From Spirochaetia bacterium (lineage in GTDB: Bacteria > Spirochaetota > Spirochaetia > UBA9216), in NCBI GenBank assembly GCA_965140585.1, contig OZ223269.1, positions 640,001-704,000 on the forward strand: a stretch of 64,000 bases of DNA, read 5' to 3'. Of this stretch, positions 9,740-20,382 are shown piece after piece. Each line of letters begins with the position of its first letter. Positions within the stretch are counted from its first letter, which is position 1. The notes under the pieces are model-generated. The model was not told the origin of the DNA and searched no databases. It saw only the letters and a program-made list of their open reading frames with translations. The translations under genes and the position numbers were made by a program.

Positions 9740-11509
9740 ATGACAGATATGAAGGAAGTCTGGAAAGAACACATCTATAACTCATTAAAGAAGCACTCAC
9801 AGGACTGCGGGCTGGAATTAGGGCTTTCATCAGCTTCTGAAGTAATGATCGGCAATCCTCCTAAACCTGATATGGGCGATTTTGCCTTTGCGATGTTTCC
9901 ATATGCTAAAACCCTAAGGAAATCCCCGCAGCAGATAGCTGAAGCTATTGCTGAACTCATAAATACCGATTCAGCTGTAAACGGAGCGGGAAAAGCCGAG
10001 ACAGCAGGACCTTATGTAAATATACGGCTTAATATTGCCTCTAATGCAGGTGATATCCTTGAAAAGATATTCAGTGACAGTGACTCCTACGGTAAATCAA
10101 ATCTTTACTCAGGAAAAAAGGTCATGGTTGAATTTTCATGCCCGAATACTAACAAGCCGCTGCATCTGGGACATCTTAGAAATGATTCGATTGGTGCCTG
10201 CGTTGCTAGAATAATTGAAGAGAACGGGGCAGAAGTATGTAAGGTTAACCTTATCAATGACCGTGGTATTCATATCTGTAAATCAATGCTTGCATACAAG
10301 ACATTCGGTAAGGGAACTACTCCGGAAAGTGAGAATATCAAGAGTGATCATTTTGTAGGCGATTATTACGTAAAATTCGACCAGTGGTCAAAAACTGATG
10401 AAAAAGCACTCCCGCAGGCTCAGGAAATGCTGAAGGCCTGGGAGGACGGCGATACTGAAGTTAATGAACTCTGGAAAACCATGAATAAATGGACAATTGA
10501 CGGAATTCAGGAAACTTATGATAAAACCGGGATCAGTTTTGATCGGGTTTACTATGAAAGCAAAACATACTCAAGCGGTAAGGATGAAGTTCTTAAGGGG
10601 CTTGAGGACGGAATCTTCTATAAGGAAGAAGACGGTTCAGTCTGGGCAGATCTCTCTGAGATCAAACTCGATAAAAAAGTACTCCTGCGAGGAGACGGCA
10701 CTTCTCTGTATATGACCCAGGATATCGGTACCGCCAAAGCCCGACATGAAGACTGGCCCTTTGACAAACTGATTTATGTTGTCGGTTCTGAACAGAAGTA
10801 TCATTTTGCCGTGCTTTTTTATATCCTTAAAAAATTAGGCTTCAAATGGGCAGAAGACCTTGTGCATCTTTCCTATGGTATGGTTAACCTGCCTGAAGGC
10901 AAGATGAAATCAAGGGAAGGCACGGTTGTTGATGCAGATGACCTTGTTGCAGATTTAATAAATCTTGCAGGAAATGAAATTAAAAACAAGGAACGTGAGG
11001 ATGAGGTGGAAGATCTTGAAGAAACTTCGAAGGCTATAGCGCTCGGAGCTCTGAACTATTATCTGCTTCAGACTTCGCCCTCAAAAGATATGATCTTTAA
11101 TCCTAAAGAATCTCTGTCCTTTAACGGCAATACAGGCCCTTATCTGCAGTATATGGGAGCAAGAATCTCAAGTATGTTCAGGAAGTTCGAAGAGCGAAAG
11201 GCTGATTTTGATGGAATTAAGCCTGATTACAGCCTCCTCGACGGTTCAGACGAGAAAGAACTGCTTAAAAATCTTTCATCATATCCTGAAGCTGTTGTTC
11301 AGGCCGGTTCAGAGCTTAATCCTTCGGCAATTACCTCTTTTCTGTATGAACTGGCAAGGAATTTCTCCAGATTCTACCATGATAACCCGGTACTGAATTG
11401 TGAAGATAAGGCTCTTGCCCTTGCAAGGCTTGAGTTGTCAAGGGCTGTTCTTCAGGTGCTTAAAAATGCATTTAGACTGGTAGGTATACCATTTTTACAG
11501 AAAATGTAG
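9740..11509 (+). CDS. argS: Arginine--tRNA ligase
   Basis: PNTNKPLHLGHLRN (HIGH), GKMKSREG, GNTGPYLQY..ARI.S. Confidence 0.97.
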   Translation: MTDMKEVWKEHIYNSLKKHSQDCGLELGLSSASEVMIGNPPKPDMGDFAFAMFPYAKTLRKSPQQIAEAIAELINTDSAVNGAGKAETAGPYVNIRLNIASNAGDILEKIFSDSDSYGKSNLYSGKKVMVEFSCPNTNKPLHLGHLRNDSIGACVARIIEENGAEVCKVNLINDRGIHICKSMLAYKTFGKGTTPESENIKSDHFVGDYYVKFDQWSKTDEKALPQAQEMLKAWEDGDTEVNELWKTMNKWTIDGIQETYDKTGISFDRVYYESKTYSSGKDEVLKGLEDGIFYKEEDGSVWADLSEIKLDKKVLLRGDGTSLYMTQDIGTAKARHEDWPFDKLIYVVGSEQKYHFAVLFYILKKLGFKWAEDLVHLSYGMVNLPEGKMKSREGTVVDADDLVADLINLAGNEIKNKEREDEVEDLEETSKAIALGALNYYLLQTSPSKDMIFNPKESLSFNGNTGPYLQYMGARISSMFRKFEERKADFDGIKPDYSLLDGSDEKELLKNLSSYPEAVVQAGSELNPSAITSFLYELARNFSRFYHDNPVLNCEDKALALARLELSRAVLQVLKNAFRLVGIPFLQKM

Positions 11510-11587
11510 CCATTTAGAAAAATACCCCTTAAAATATAAAGTATAGCAAACTCAGGTACAGTCAAAGGATAAGAGCGGGAGAATCTG

Positions 11588-12745
11588 ATGTCGGAAAAGG
11601 GCAGGAAAACTATACTACTCGTAGAAGATGAAGTTATTATCGCTATGGCGGAGAAAATGAGCATCGAATCATTCGGATATGACGTCGTTACGGCCGTATC
11701 AGGGGATGAAGCAGTAGAAAAGACCCTTAACCAAAAGGTTGATCTTATTCTCATGGATATAGATCTTGGTAATGACATGGACGGCACGCAGGCCGCCCGC
11801 GAAATTCTGCGTCATAAATTTATACCGATAGTTTTTCTCACCTCACATTCCGAACGGGAAATGGTTGAGAAGGTTCGCGGCATAACACGATACGGTTACC
11901 TATTAAAGAATTCCGGTGATTTTATTCTTGAATCCTCAATTGAAATGGCTTTTGAACTTTATAATGCCAATGTAAACGTGATTGAGTCTGATACCAGAAT
12001 GAAGCTTCTTATAGATACTATTCCTGATATGGTCTGGTTTAAAGATGCCGATGGGGTTTTTCTTTCATGCAATCCGAAATTTGAAGCCTACTACGGTGCC
12101 TCAGAAAATGAAATCAGAGGAAAAACCGATTATGATTTTGTAAATACCAGGCAGGCTGATTTTTTCAGAAAAAATGATAAAAAGGCCATGGCTGCCGGTA
12201 AACCGACGATGAATGAAGAATGGATAGAGTTCTCGGATGGAAAGTATAGAGTACTGCTTGAGACTATAAAAACCCCCGTTTATGATAGAAAAGGCCGTAT
12301 TGTCGGAGTGCTGGGAATCGGTCGTGATATAACCAAACGGTACAGAGCTGAATCTGCTCTAATTGAATCGGAGCAGCGGCTTAACTCTGCACTTGATAAT
12401 ATACCTGCTGTGATAGTCATCTTTGATATTAAAAAAAGAATAAGGTATGCAAACAGACAGATTGAATCTATTACAGGAATGAAGCCGGATGATTTTTATG
12501 GTCAACCTGTTGAGAAAGTATGGGGAACTCTGTCGGAAAACTGGAGTGAACTAATTGATGAAACTATTAAAACCGGTGAAACAAGCAGCTCAAGGCATTT
12601 GTATATTTCAAACGATGAAACCCAGGAACTTCTGCTTTTCGGGATACCGCTGAAAAATGGGAAAGGTGAGATTGTAGAGATAATGGGAATAATATACAGT
12701 GAATATGATTTTTTTCAGGTTATAGGTGTCGGACAGGTATTGTAA
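11588..12745 (+). CDS. Response regulator, REC-PAS-PAS, no output domain
   Basis: LLVEDE, DLILMDI, YGYLLK receiver; PAS (IPDMVWFKD..G.F..CN, GKTDYDF, GIGRDIT) and a second PAS. Confidence 0.8.
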   Translation: MSEKGRKTILLVEDEVIIAMAEKMSIESFGYDVVTAVSGDEAVEKTLNQKVDLILMDIDLGNDMDGTQAAREILRHKFIPIVFLTSHSEREMVEKVRGITRYGYLLKNSGDFILESSIEMAFELYNANVNVIESDTRMKLLIDTIPDMVWFKDADGVFLSCNPKFEAYYGASENEIRGKTDYDFVNTRQADFFRKNDKKAMAAGKPTMNEEWIEFSDGKYRVLLETIKTPVYDRKGRIVGVLGIGRDITKRYRAESALIESEQRLNSALDNIPAVIVIFDIKKRIRYANRQIESITGMKPDDFYGQPVEKVWGTLSENWSELIDETIKTGETSSSRHLYISNDETQELLLFGIPLKNGKGEIVEIMGIIYSEYDFFQVIGVGQVL

Positions 12746-12819
12746 ATACGCTGTCTTGACTATTTATCTATTATCATGGTATATAATCAATTCAGATAAT
12801 TTAGATTAAGGTTGGATAA

Positions 12820-13131
12820 ATGTACGCACTGGTTGAAATTAAGGGTAAACAGTACAAAGCGGAAAAAGGCAGCCTGCTCAGGGTTGATAAAATAGATAGT
12901 GAAAACGGCTCAAAAGTTGAGTTCGATTCTGTTCTATTTTTAAGCGGAGACGATGTTAAAGTCGGTACCCCGTATGTTGCAGGAGCCAAAGTAACAGCAG
13001 TTGTTGAAGATCAGGTTAAAGGCAAGAAGGTTAAAATCTTCAAATATAAGAGAAGAAAAAACTACAGCCTTAGAAAGGGTCACAGACAGAAGTACACTAC
13101 AGTCAGAGTAGAAGATATAGTCGGAGCCTGA
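12820..13131 (+). CDS. rplU: 50S ribosomal protein L21
   Basis: MYALVEIKGKQYK...FKYKRRKNY..RKGHRQ. Confidence 0.98.
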   Translation: MYALVEIKGKQYKAEKGSLLRVDKIDSENGSKVEFDSVLFLSGDDVKVGTPYVAGAKVTAVVEDQVKGKKVKIFKYKRRKNYSLRKGHRQKYTTVRVEDIVGA

Positions 13132-13132
13132 C

Positions 13133-13456
13133 TTGATAAATCTGGAGATTACGCTTGATAAAAGCGGTAATCTTGAGAGGCTGAAGTCCATTGGTCATGG
13201 AGAATTGCGTGATGATGGAGTCAGCATTGCATGCGCAGCTGTTTCAGCACAGCTGCGGGGGGCTGTCAGAGCATTTGAATGCTGCGGTACTGCAATTCTG
13301 AGGGGAAGCGCAGACCAGTCCGGCAGTCTTGAATTTTCAGTTGATGCATCAAAGCTCAACAGTGACTGGCTGAAAGGTCTCACTGATGTGCTTTTAGCAG
13401 GACTTCTTGAAACAGAAAAAGATTATCCTGATGAGTGCATCATAAAATTTCTATAA
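13133..13456 (+). CDS. prp: Ribosomal-processing cysteine protease Prp (DUF464) homolog
   Basis: Position between rplU and rpmA; GH and ACAAVSA catalytic motifs; ..DYPD C-terminus. Confidence 0.8.
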   Translation: MINLEITLDKSGNLERLKSIGHGELRDDGVSIACAAVSAQLRGAVRAFECCGTAILRGSADQSGSLEFSVDASKLNSDWLKGLTDVLLAGLLETEKDYPDECIIKFL

Positions 13457-13478
13457 TTCAGTAATCAAGGAGCTGTAA

Positions 13479-13733
13479 ATGGCACATAAAAAAGGTGGCG
13501 GAAGCAGTAAAAACGGAAGAGATTCCAACGCTCAGAGACTGGGTGTAAAAAGATTCGGCGGCGAAGTTGTTAACGGAGGAGAAATCCTTGTAAGACAGCG
13601 CGGCACTAAAATTCATCCGGGAACTAACGTCGGCAAGGGAAAAGATGATACTCTTTTCGCTAAAGTTGACGGTAAAGTAGAATTTAAAGACAGAATGGGA
13701 AGGAAGTTCGTTTCTGTAGTTCCAGGCGAATAA
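13479..13733 (+). CDS. rpmA: 50S ribosomal protein L27
   Basis: [22 protein letters not shown]. Confidence 0.98.
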   Translation: MAHKKGGGSSKNGRDSNAQRLGVKRFGGEVVNGGEILVRQRGTKIHPGTNVGKGKDDTLFAKVDGKVEFKDRMGRKFVSVVPGE

Positions 13734-13740
13734 ATAATAA

Positions 13741-14721
<981 letters not shown>

Positions 14722-14726
14722 AGGCT

Positions 14727-15311
14727 ATGGCTGAACAGATAAAAACTATTATTGCGGGCGGAACCTATGATCCTGTACATATTGGACATATGCAGCTCGC
14801 AGAAGATGTTTTACAGCATTATAAGGCGGAAAGGTTGATACTTGTTCCGTCCTTCATCTCGCCACATAAAAAAGAAAAACAGGTTATATCTCCCGAACAT
14901 CGAATCAGGATGCTTGAAATGGCTGTAAAAGACAGCCGGTTTATCATCGAGACCTGTGAGATTGACAGAGGGGGTGTTTCATATACTATTGATACAATAC
15001 GATTTATCAGAAAAAAGTATAATTTAAATGATAGACCGGGATTACTCATAGGAGATGATCTTGTAAACGGGTTCAAAAAATGGAAATGTCCGGAAGAAAT
15101 TGCCTCAGAAGCAAGGCTTATAATAGCCGATAGAGGCGAGGGAATTTCTGATGATTTTAAGTTTGAACATATTACTTTTGAAAATCTCTTTCTTGAAATC
15201 TCATCCAGCGATATTCGAAGCCGGATAAAGACAGGCCGAGCATGTCGGTTTTTAATGCCTGACGGTGTATATGAATATATTCTGGAGAATAAATTATACG
15301 GAGACAGTTAA
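14727..15311 (+). CDS. nadD: Nicotinate-nucleotide adenylyltransferase
   Basis: GGTYDPVHIGH, SYTIDT, ISSSDIR. Confidence 0.93.
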   Translation: MAEQIKTIIAGGTYDPVHIGHMQLAEDVLQHYKAERLILVPSFISPHKKEKQVISPEHRIRMLEMAVKDSRFIIETCEIDRGGVSYTIDTIRFIRKKYNLNDRPGLLIGDDLVNGFKKWKCPEEIASEARLIIADRGEGISDDFKFEHITFENLFLEISSSDIRSRIKTGRACRFLMPDGVYEYILENKLYGDS

Positions 15312-15312
15312 T

Positions 15313-15882
15313 ATGCCTGTTGAAGAAGAGATAGAAAATTATCTCAGGAACAATCTGAAGGAAAAGAGATTTCTGCATTCCAGACGCACTGCTGAAACTG
15401 CTGAAAAACTCTGTCGATTATACGGTTGCGATCCCGAAAAAGGTAGAATCGCAGGGCTTCTTCATGATATTGGTCGTGAACTTGATTACGATACGGTATT
15501 CGATAAAGTGAAGGAAGACGGATTTGGAATAAGCGATATCGAAAAAGAATATCCTGTACTTCTTCACGGAAGAGCTGGAGCCGTTATAGCAAAGGAACAG
15601 TTTAATATTCAGGATGAAGAAATTCTGGAAGCCATTAGATGGCATACAACAGGAAAGCGTGATATGTCTGAACTGTCTTCTGTTTTGTATGTTGCTGATT
15701 ATATAGAACCGGGACGGACTCATATAGATAATAATTTCAGAGCCCGAATTCGTGAAATGAATTTAAACCGTCTGGTTATGGAAGTAGTGCGAAACAGTAT
15801 TGCCTACTGCCGATCCAAAGGCTATTCGGTTGCTGAACAGACTTTTATGTTATATCATGAACTCGAAAAAAAGGTGAGCTGA
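15313..15882 (+). CDS. yqeK: Symmetrical Ap4A hydrolase, YqeK-type HD domain
   Basis: RFLHS, GLLHDIG, LHG..GA, AIRWHTTG, YVADYIEPGR; follows nadD (ORF track 15265). Confidence 0.9.
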   Translation: MPVEEEIENYLRNNLKEKRFLHSRRTAETAEKLCRLYGCDPEKGRIAGLLHDIGRELDYDTVFDKVKEDGFGISDIEKEYPVLLHGRAGAVIAKEQFNIQDEEILEAIRWHTTGKRDMSELSSVLYVADYIEPGRTHIDNNFRARIREMNLNRLVMEVVRNSIAYCRSKGYSVAEQTFMLYHELEKKVS

Positions 15883-15883
15883 A

Positions 15884-17080
15884 TTGAAGAATAAGATAGA
15901 GTTTGAAAAAAGCTGGATTATCCTCGTTGTAATTGTAGTAATAATCGGAGTTACCGTGTTTCTTGTTCTGGACAGAACCAGGACTGATCAAATAACCGAA
16001 ATGGTTGATAACGGTGATGAGATTAACATTGTAATACTCGTACATGATGGAGATAAGCTGCTTTTTACTGAAATTCTATTTTATAATCCAACTACGGCTA
16101 AGGCCGCTCTGCTTGATATTCCCGGCGAAACCGGTGTGATTATTCAGAAACTAGGAAAAATCGACAGAATTGATACGATATTTGAACCTGGAAATCCAGG
16201 TGAGTATATATCTGAGCTTGAAAATATTACCGATCAGGAAATACCTTTTTATATACTAATGGATATAAGTGATGTTCCTGATATGATTGATGTTGTGGAA
16301 GGTCTTGAAATGTTTATTGCCAATCCGGTTGAGATTCTGGAACCAGGACATACAGTTCTTCTGCCTTCGGGAAGCATTGTGCTTGACGGTGACAAGGCTG
16401 AAACCTATCTTACTTATGAGGATCCTGAAGAGTCGGACATAGATAAAAGCGGTCGTCATGAAAAGTTTATTCAGTCGCTTTTAAAAACGTTTCAGGATAG
16501 AGGTCCAGAGCTTTTGAATAATCGGATGTTTCCTTACCTTTATAGGACTATGGAAACCAATATCGATCGTGATTCATTCAGAGCTTTTATAACAGAATCT
16601 GAAAAAATGGATACGGGCAGAATAGTTTTTCAGCGGGTTTTGGGAGTAAAGAGGACCGTTGATGATCAGGTTCTCCTTTTCAGGCATTATGACGGCAATC
16701 TGCTGAAGGAAACAGTTAAACAGACTGTCAGTTCTATTGCAAATATGGAAGTGGTAAGTACTGAGGAACTTAACATTGCACTGCAGATACTCAATGGAAC
16801 AGCTGTGAACGGTCTCGCTTCCCGGACATCGCAGGTTTTTCAGAGTTTTGGTTATGATGTCGCGAATATTGGAAATTATATCGGTGAGATTGAAAAAACT
16901 CTCGTTATAAACAGAGGAAGTGATATTGCTCAGGCTCAGCGAGCTGCCAACATTATTAAATGCGGCAATGTACTTGCAGGTATCGAGGGTATTGAATTAC
17001 CCGAAGATATAAACGAATATGAATATGATGTTATTATAATTTTAGGTAAGGATTTTGATGGAAGATACTGCAAAGAGTGA
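15884..17080 (+). CDS. LCP (LytR-CpsA-Psr) family protein with LytR C-terminal domain
   Basis: N-terminal TM; LPSG..VLDGDKA; C-terminal ILNGT..NGLA..., IIILGKDF. Confidence 0.85.
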   Translation: MKNKIEFEKSWIILVVIVVIIGVTVFLVLDRTRTDQITEMVDNGDEINIVILVHDGDKLLFTEILFYNPTTAKAALLDIPGETGVIIQKLGKIDRIDTIFEPGNPGEYISELENITDQEIPFYILMDISDVPDMIDVVEGLEMFIANPVEILEPGHTVLLPSGSIVLDGDKAETYLTYEDPEESDIDKSGRHEKFIQSLLKTFQDRGPELLNNRMFPYLYRTMETNIDRDSFRAFITESEKMDTGRIVFQRVLGVKRTVDDQVLLFRHYDGNLLKETVKQTVSSIANMEVVSTEELNIALQILNGTAVNGLASRTSQVFQSFGYDVANIGNYIGEIEKTLVINRGSDIAQAQRAANIIKCGNVLAGIEGIELPEDINEYEYDVIIILGKDFDGRYCKE

Positions 17081-17420
17081 GCTGGTACGCCAGACAGCAA
17101 AGATAATAGAAGAACATAAAGCCAGAGATGTCATAGCGATAGATTTACGTGACCAGAACAGCTGGACCGATTATTTCATAATAGCCACAGTAAACAGTCA
17201 GGGCCATATGAGGGGTTTACTGAAAAATATTAGGAATTATCTTTCGGAAAATGAACTTGAATTCCGAAACAGACATAAAAAAGTCGATGATTACTCATGG
17301 CTTTTCATCGACTGTGGATTTATGGTTATTCACCTGTTTGATGAAGAAACCAGAGATTTTTATGACCTCGAAAAACTCTGGTTTGCCGGGAAATCTGTTT
17401 ATTCGTCGAAATCGTCGTAA
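17058..17420 (+). CDS. rsfS: Ribosome silencing factor (Iojap)
   Basis: DYFIIAT..S, W...D.G..VIH.F..E.R.FYDLEKLW. Confidence 0.93.
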   Translation: MEDTAKSELVRQTAKIIEEHKARDVIAIDLRDQNSWTDYFIIATVNSQGHMRGLLKNIRNYLSENELEFRNRHKKVDDYSWLFIDCGFMVIHLFDEETRDFYDLEKLWFAGKSVYSSKSS

Positions 17421-17680
17421 TCAACGCCTCCGTCATATTCTAGATCGTCATCGTCATCATATTCCAGATCATCATCGTATGAATCGTTGTACTCTTCCTC
17501 TTCGAAGTCCTCGTCTGCAGAGTCTTCAAGCTCTTCGTCGTCTTCGTCAAACTCGTCGTACTCTTCATCATATTCTGAATCATAATTGTCAAAATTGTCT
17601 TCGTAGAAGTCATCATCATCGTGATAGCGATCATCAAAATCATCATCACTGGCGTAATAGAAGTCGTTTCCTTCAGACAT
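17399..17680 (-). CDS. Hyper-acidic D/E/Y/F low-complexity small protein
   Basis: 93 aa, ~53 Asp/Glu; SD-like ggagag upstream; own TTGACA-18-TAGATT promoter at 17722-17751. Confidence 0.7.
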   Translation of the reverse strand: MSEGNDFYYASDDDFDDRYHDDDDFYEDNFDNYDSEYDEEYDEFDEDDEELEDSADEDFEEEEYNDSYDDDLEYDDDDDLEYDGGVDYDDFDE

Positions 17681-17774
17681 GTTAAGCCCTCTCCATGAAC
17701 TATCGTTATTATCTTTAACTTAATCTAAGTAGAAGAAAAGCCTATTGTCAACTATATTTATTTAATTTGTTGTA

Positions 17775-18245
17775 TTAATTTTTCAGTCCTACAAAGAGTC
17801 CCATACTTCCAAAATTTCCGGCAATTTTTATTATCGCTGTTGAACCGTATGACTTGGTATCAATATAAATATTATCACCCTTGATGATAGTAGGGGGGGT
17901 GATATCGGAGTCAATACCAGCCTCTGAAAGTTTGATTGTGGATCTTCCTCCAAGCTGATTTAGAAGTTCGGCGAAGGTTTCCTTGAACATTTGATCGCCG
18001 GGTTCAATCTTTTCATCGTGCATTCCCATGTTTCTGAAAATCTCTTCCACAAGTGAAACTGCAGTATCGAGTTTTGAAAAAAGGATGAGGTGCCCGTGTA
18101 CATCACCGGTGATTCCGATGGTTGCTGTTATGTTGGATTTATCAAAAGATACACCTGTGGTATTTATGTCTATCTGACTTAGCCCGTTTTCAACGAAGAC
18201 TTCCAGGCAGGCATTACTTATTAGCTCTAGATTACTGTTTCCCAT
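17775..18245 (-). CDS. cheX: Chemotaxis phosphatase CheX
   Basis: IGITGD..G, E..N..GG (ELLNQLGG), DITPPTII.G; start chosen from promoter (ORF track 18281). Confidence 0.85.
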   Translation of the reverse strand: MGNSNLELISNACLEVFVENGLSQIDINTTGVSFDKSNITATIGITGDVHGHLILFSKLDTAVSLVEEIFRNMGMHDEKIEPGDQMFKETFAELLNQLGGRSTIKLSEAGIDSDITPPTIIKGDNIYIDTKSYGSTAIIKIAGNFGSMGLFVGLKN

Positions 18246-18252
18246 AAAATGA

Positions 18253-18281
18253 AGTATAGGAATATACACCGATTGTGTCAA
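18253..18281 (-). promoter_or_regulatory. Sigma70 promoter for cheX (leaderless)
   Basis: TTGACA-17-TATACT, 7 nt before ATG 18245. Confidence 0.75.
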
Positions 18282-18314
18282 ATCATTTAGAATAAAATGT
18301 TATATATACAGTAA

Positions 18315-18342
18315 TTGACAGTATTACTATTATCAGTATAAT
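18315..18342 (+). promoter_or_regulatory. Sigma70 promoter for ispE-spoVG
   Basis: TTGACA-16-TATAAT. Confidence 0.75.
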
Positions 18343-18353
18343 AGTCTGACATT

Positions 18354-19235
18354 ATGGACAGGGTATGTTTTATTGAGGCACCTGCAAAACTGAATCTGCA
18401 TCTGCAGGTTGGAAGAAAAAGGCAGGATGGTTATCATGAAATATGCTCGCTTGTTACAATGGTCGATCTTTGCGACAAGTTGTTCATAAGTTCTTTGAAA
18501 ATTGGTAACAGATGCGAGATAGAAGGTAGCTTTGACTGTAATACTCAGGATAATTTAATATATAAAGCCTGGCAAAGCTATTGTGAAGCATCCGGAAACA
18601 AAATTGGTATTCATGTAAGGGTAGAGAAGAATATTCCTTCTCAGGCAGGTATGGGCGGCGGATCATCTGATGCGGCAGCGGTACTTAAAGCATTGAATTA
18701 TCTTGAAGGTAATCCTCTGCGTTTGGAGCAGCTTATGGAAATCGGTGCCGGGTTAGGCAGTGATATTCCGCTTTTTTTCAGCAGTCCATACAGTCTTATA
18801 AAGGGCCGTGGTGAAAATGTCAAAGCTCTTGATTTTAAAGGTATTTATAATATTCTTGTTATCCAGCCTGATGTTCAGATATCTACAGGAGGCGCTTATT
18901 CGAAATTAGCGCGTACCGCTGAATACCCGGAATTATTTCTTCCGGATGAAACTATGATAAAAGTTTTACCTGCAGCCGGTCTTTACAGGACCTCATTTTG
19001 TAATGATTTTCTTGCAGCGGTTAGTGATGGTAATGATATTTTTTCTAATATTATCAGTAATTTATACGCACAGGGAGCCTGCTACAGTAACCTGACAGGC
19101 AGCGGATCAGTTGTTTTTGGTCTGTTTGACTGTGAAAAAAATGCTGAAAAGGCTTATAAAGCCCTTAAATGCGAATATAAATTCGTTCAGAAAATAAAAT
19201 CGCTTGATAGAATTCCATATGCCATATTAGAATAA
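18354..19235 (+). CDS. ispE: 4-diphosphocytidyl-2-C-methyl-D-erythritol kinase
   Basis: APAKLNLHL, DGYHEI, KNIP.QAGMGGGSSDAAA, GSDIP, TGSGS. Confidence 0.95.
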   Translation: MDRVCFIEAPAKLNLHLQVGRKRQDGYHEICSLVTMVDLCDKLFISSLKIGNRCEIEGSFDCNTQDNLIYKAWQSYCEASGNKIGIHVRVEKNIPSQAGMGGGSSDAAAVLKALNYLEGNPLRLEQLMEIGAGLGSDIPLFFSSPYSLIKGRGENVKALDFKGIYNILVIQPDVQISTGGAYSKLARTAEYPELFLPDETMIKVLPAAGLYRTSFCNDFLAAVSDGNDIFSNIISNLYAQGACYSNLTGSGSVVFGLFDCEKNAEKAYKALKCEYKFVQKIKSLDRIPYAILE

Positions 19236-19270
19236 TTATGCCTGATTAATGTACAAGCAAGGAGAGGTGT

Positions 19271-19564
19271 ATGGACATTACTGATATCCGTATTCGGAGA
19301 GTTAGTGCTGACGGGAAACTGCGGGCTTATGTAACAGTGACTTTTGAGGATTGTTTTGTTGTCCACAATGTTAAAGTTATTGAAGGCAAAAATGGAGCGT
19401 TTATAGCGATGCCGAGCAGGAAGACCAAAACCGGGGAATACAAAGATGTTGCTCATCCGATAAATTCGGATTTCCGTGGTCTTCTACAGCAGAGAATTCT
19501 TGAAGAGTATGAAAAAGCTCTGACAGATGACTCAACTATCATGCTGGAATCTGAGGACATCTAA
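19271..19564 (+). CDS. spoVG: Nucleic-acid-binding regulator SpoVG
   Basis: [34 protein letters not shown]. Confidence 0.96.
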   Translation: MDITDIRIRRVSADGKLRAYVTVTFEDCFVVHNVKVIEGKNGAFIAMPSRKTKTGEYKDVAHPINSDFRGLLQQRILEEYEKALTDDSTIMLESEDI

Positions 19565-19652
19565 GTATTACGAACTATTACAGGTACTTATCTAAAAAAA
19601 CTCCGCTATCGTAGGCTTATAACTTGTCTGTTACCAGAAAATGAATTATTCT

Positions 19653-19725
19653 TGGGACGTCGGCAAGCGGTTAAGCCTCCGGTTTTTGGAGCCGGCATAC
19701 GCAGGTTCGAATCCTGCCGTCCCAG
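19653..19725 (+). tRNA. tRNA-Gln(TTG)
   Basis: Acceptor TGGGACG/CGTCCCA, anticodon arm CCGGT-TTTTGGA-GCCGG, T-arm GCAGG-TTCGAAT-CCTGC; CCA not encoded. Confidence 0.95.
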
Positions 19726-19767
19726 TATAAATATAAACAACTTAAAACAGGGTAAGGAGAACCAGAA

Positions 19768-20382
19768 ATGGAAGACAATAAAACCTTCAGCGCTGTAGCC
19801 AGAACTGAATTCAGGAAGAGTGCAGCTAAAAGGATCAGAAACGCTGGTAAAATTCCGGCAGTTATTTACGGGCATTCAGAACCCGTTCATCTATCTCTTG
19901 ATGAAAGAGAATTTATGAGAAAATTCGGAAAGAATTCTGAAAGTACTATTATTACCGTCAATGTTGAAGGGAAAGAATATGATGTTCTCATCAAGGATTT
20001 TCAGGAAGATATTGTCAAGGGTCAGATTAAACATGTAGATTTCTTTGAGATTGAAAGAGGTAAGACTCTTAAAACACATGTGCCTATTCACCTTGTTGGA
20101 ACTGCAAAAGGTGTAAAGGAAGGCGGTGTTCTTGAACAGCAGATGCATGAGTTTGAAGTAGAGTGTCTTCCTAAAGATATTCCCGAAGCAATTGAAATTG
20201 ATGTTAAGAATCTTCTTTCAGGTGATGCTATCCATGTTGCAGATGTAGTAGTTCCTGAAGGAGTTAAAATTCTCAGTGCTGAAGATCTTTCAGTAGTTTC
20301 TGTAACGGTTGTTAAACAGTCAGTTGAAGCAGCTGAAGACGATGAAGCTGAAGGCGAAGAAGCTGAGGAAAGTGCAGAATAA
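19768..20382 (+). CDS. rplY: 50S ribosomal protein L25/Ctc
   Basis: IPAVIYG, HVDF, GVKEGGVL, acidic tail. Confidence 0.95.
   Translation: MEDNKTFSAVARTEFRKSAAKRIRNAGKIPAVIYGHSEPVHLSLDEREFMRKFGKNSESTIITVNVEGKEYDVLIKDFQEDIVKGQIKHVDFFEIERGKTLKTHVPIHLVGTAKGVKEGGVLEQQMHEFEVECLPKDIPEAIEIDVKNLLSGDAIHVADVVVPEGVKILSAEDLSVVSVTVVKQSVEAAEDDEAEGEEAEESAE

Noticed and set aside
17251-17685. Arg/His-rich plus-strand ORF and Met/Thr-rich minus-strand ORF
   Set aside because: Shadow frames of the acidic gene's GAY/GAR codons; no SD or promoter support.
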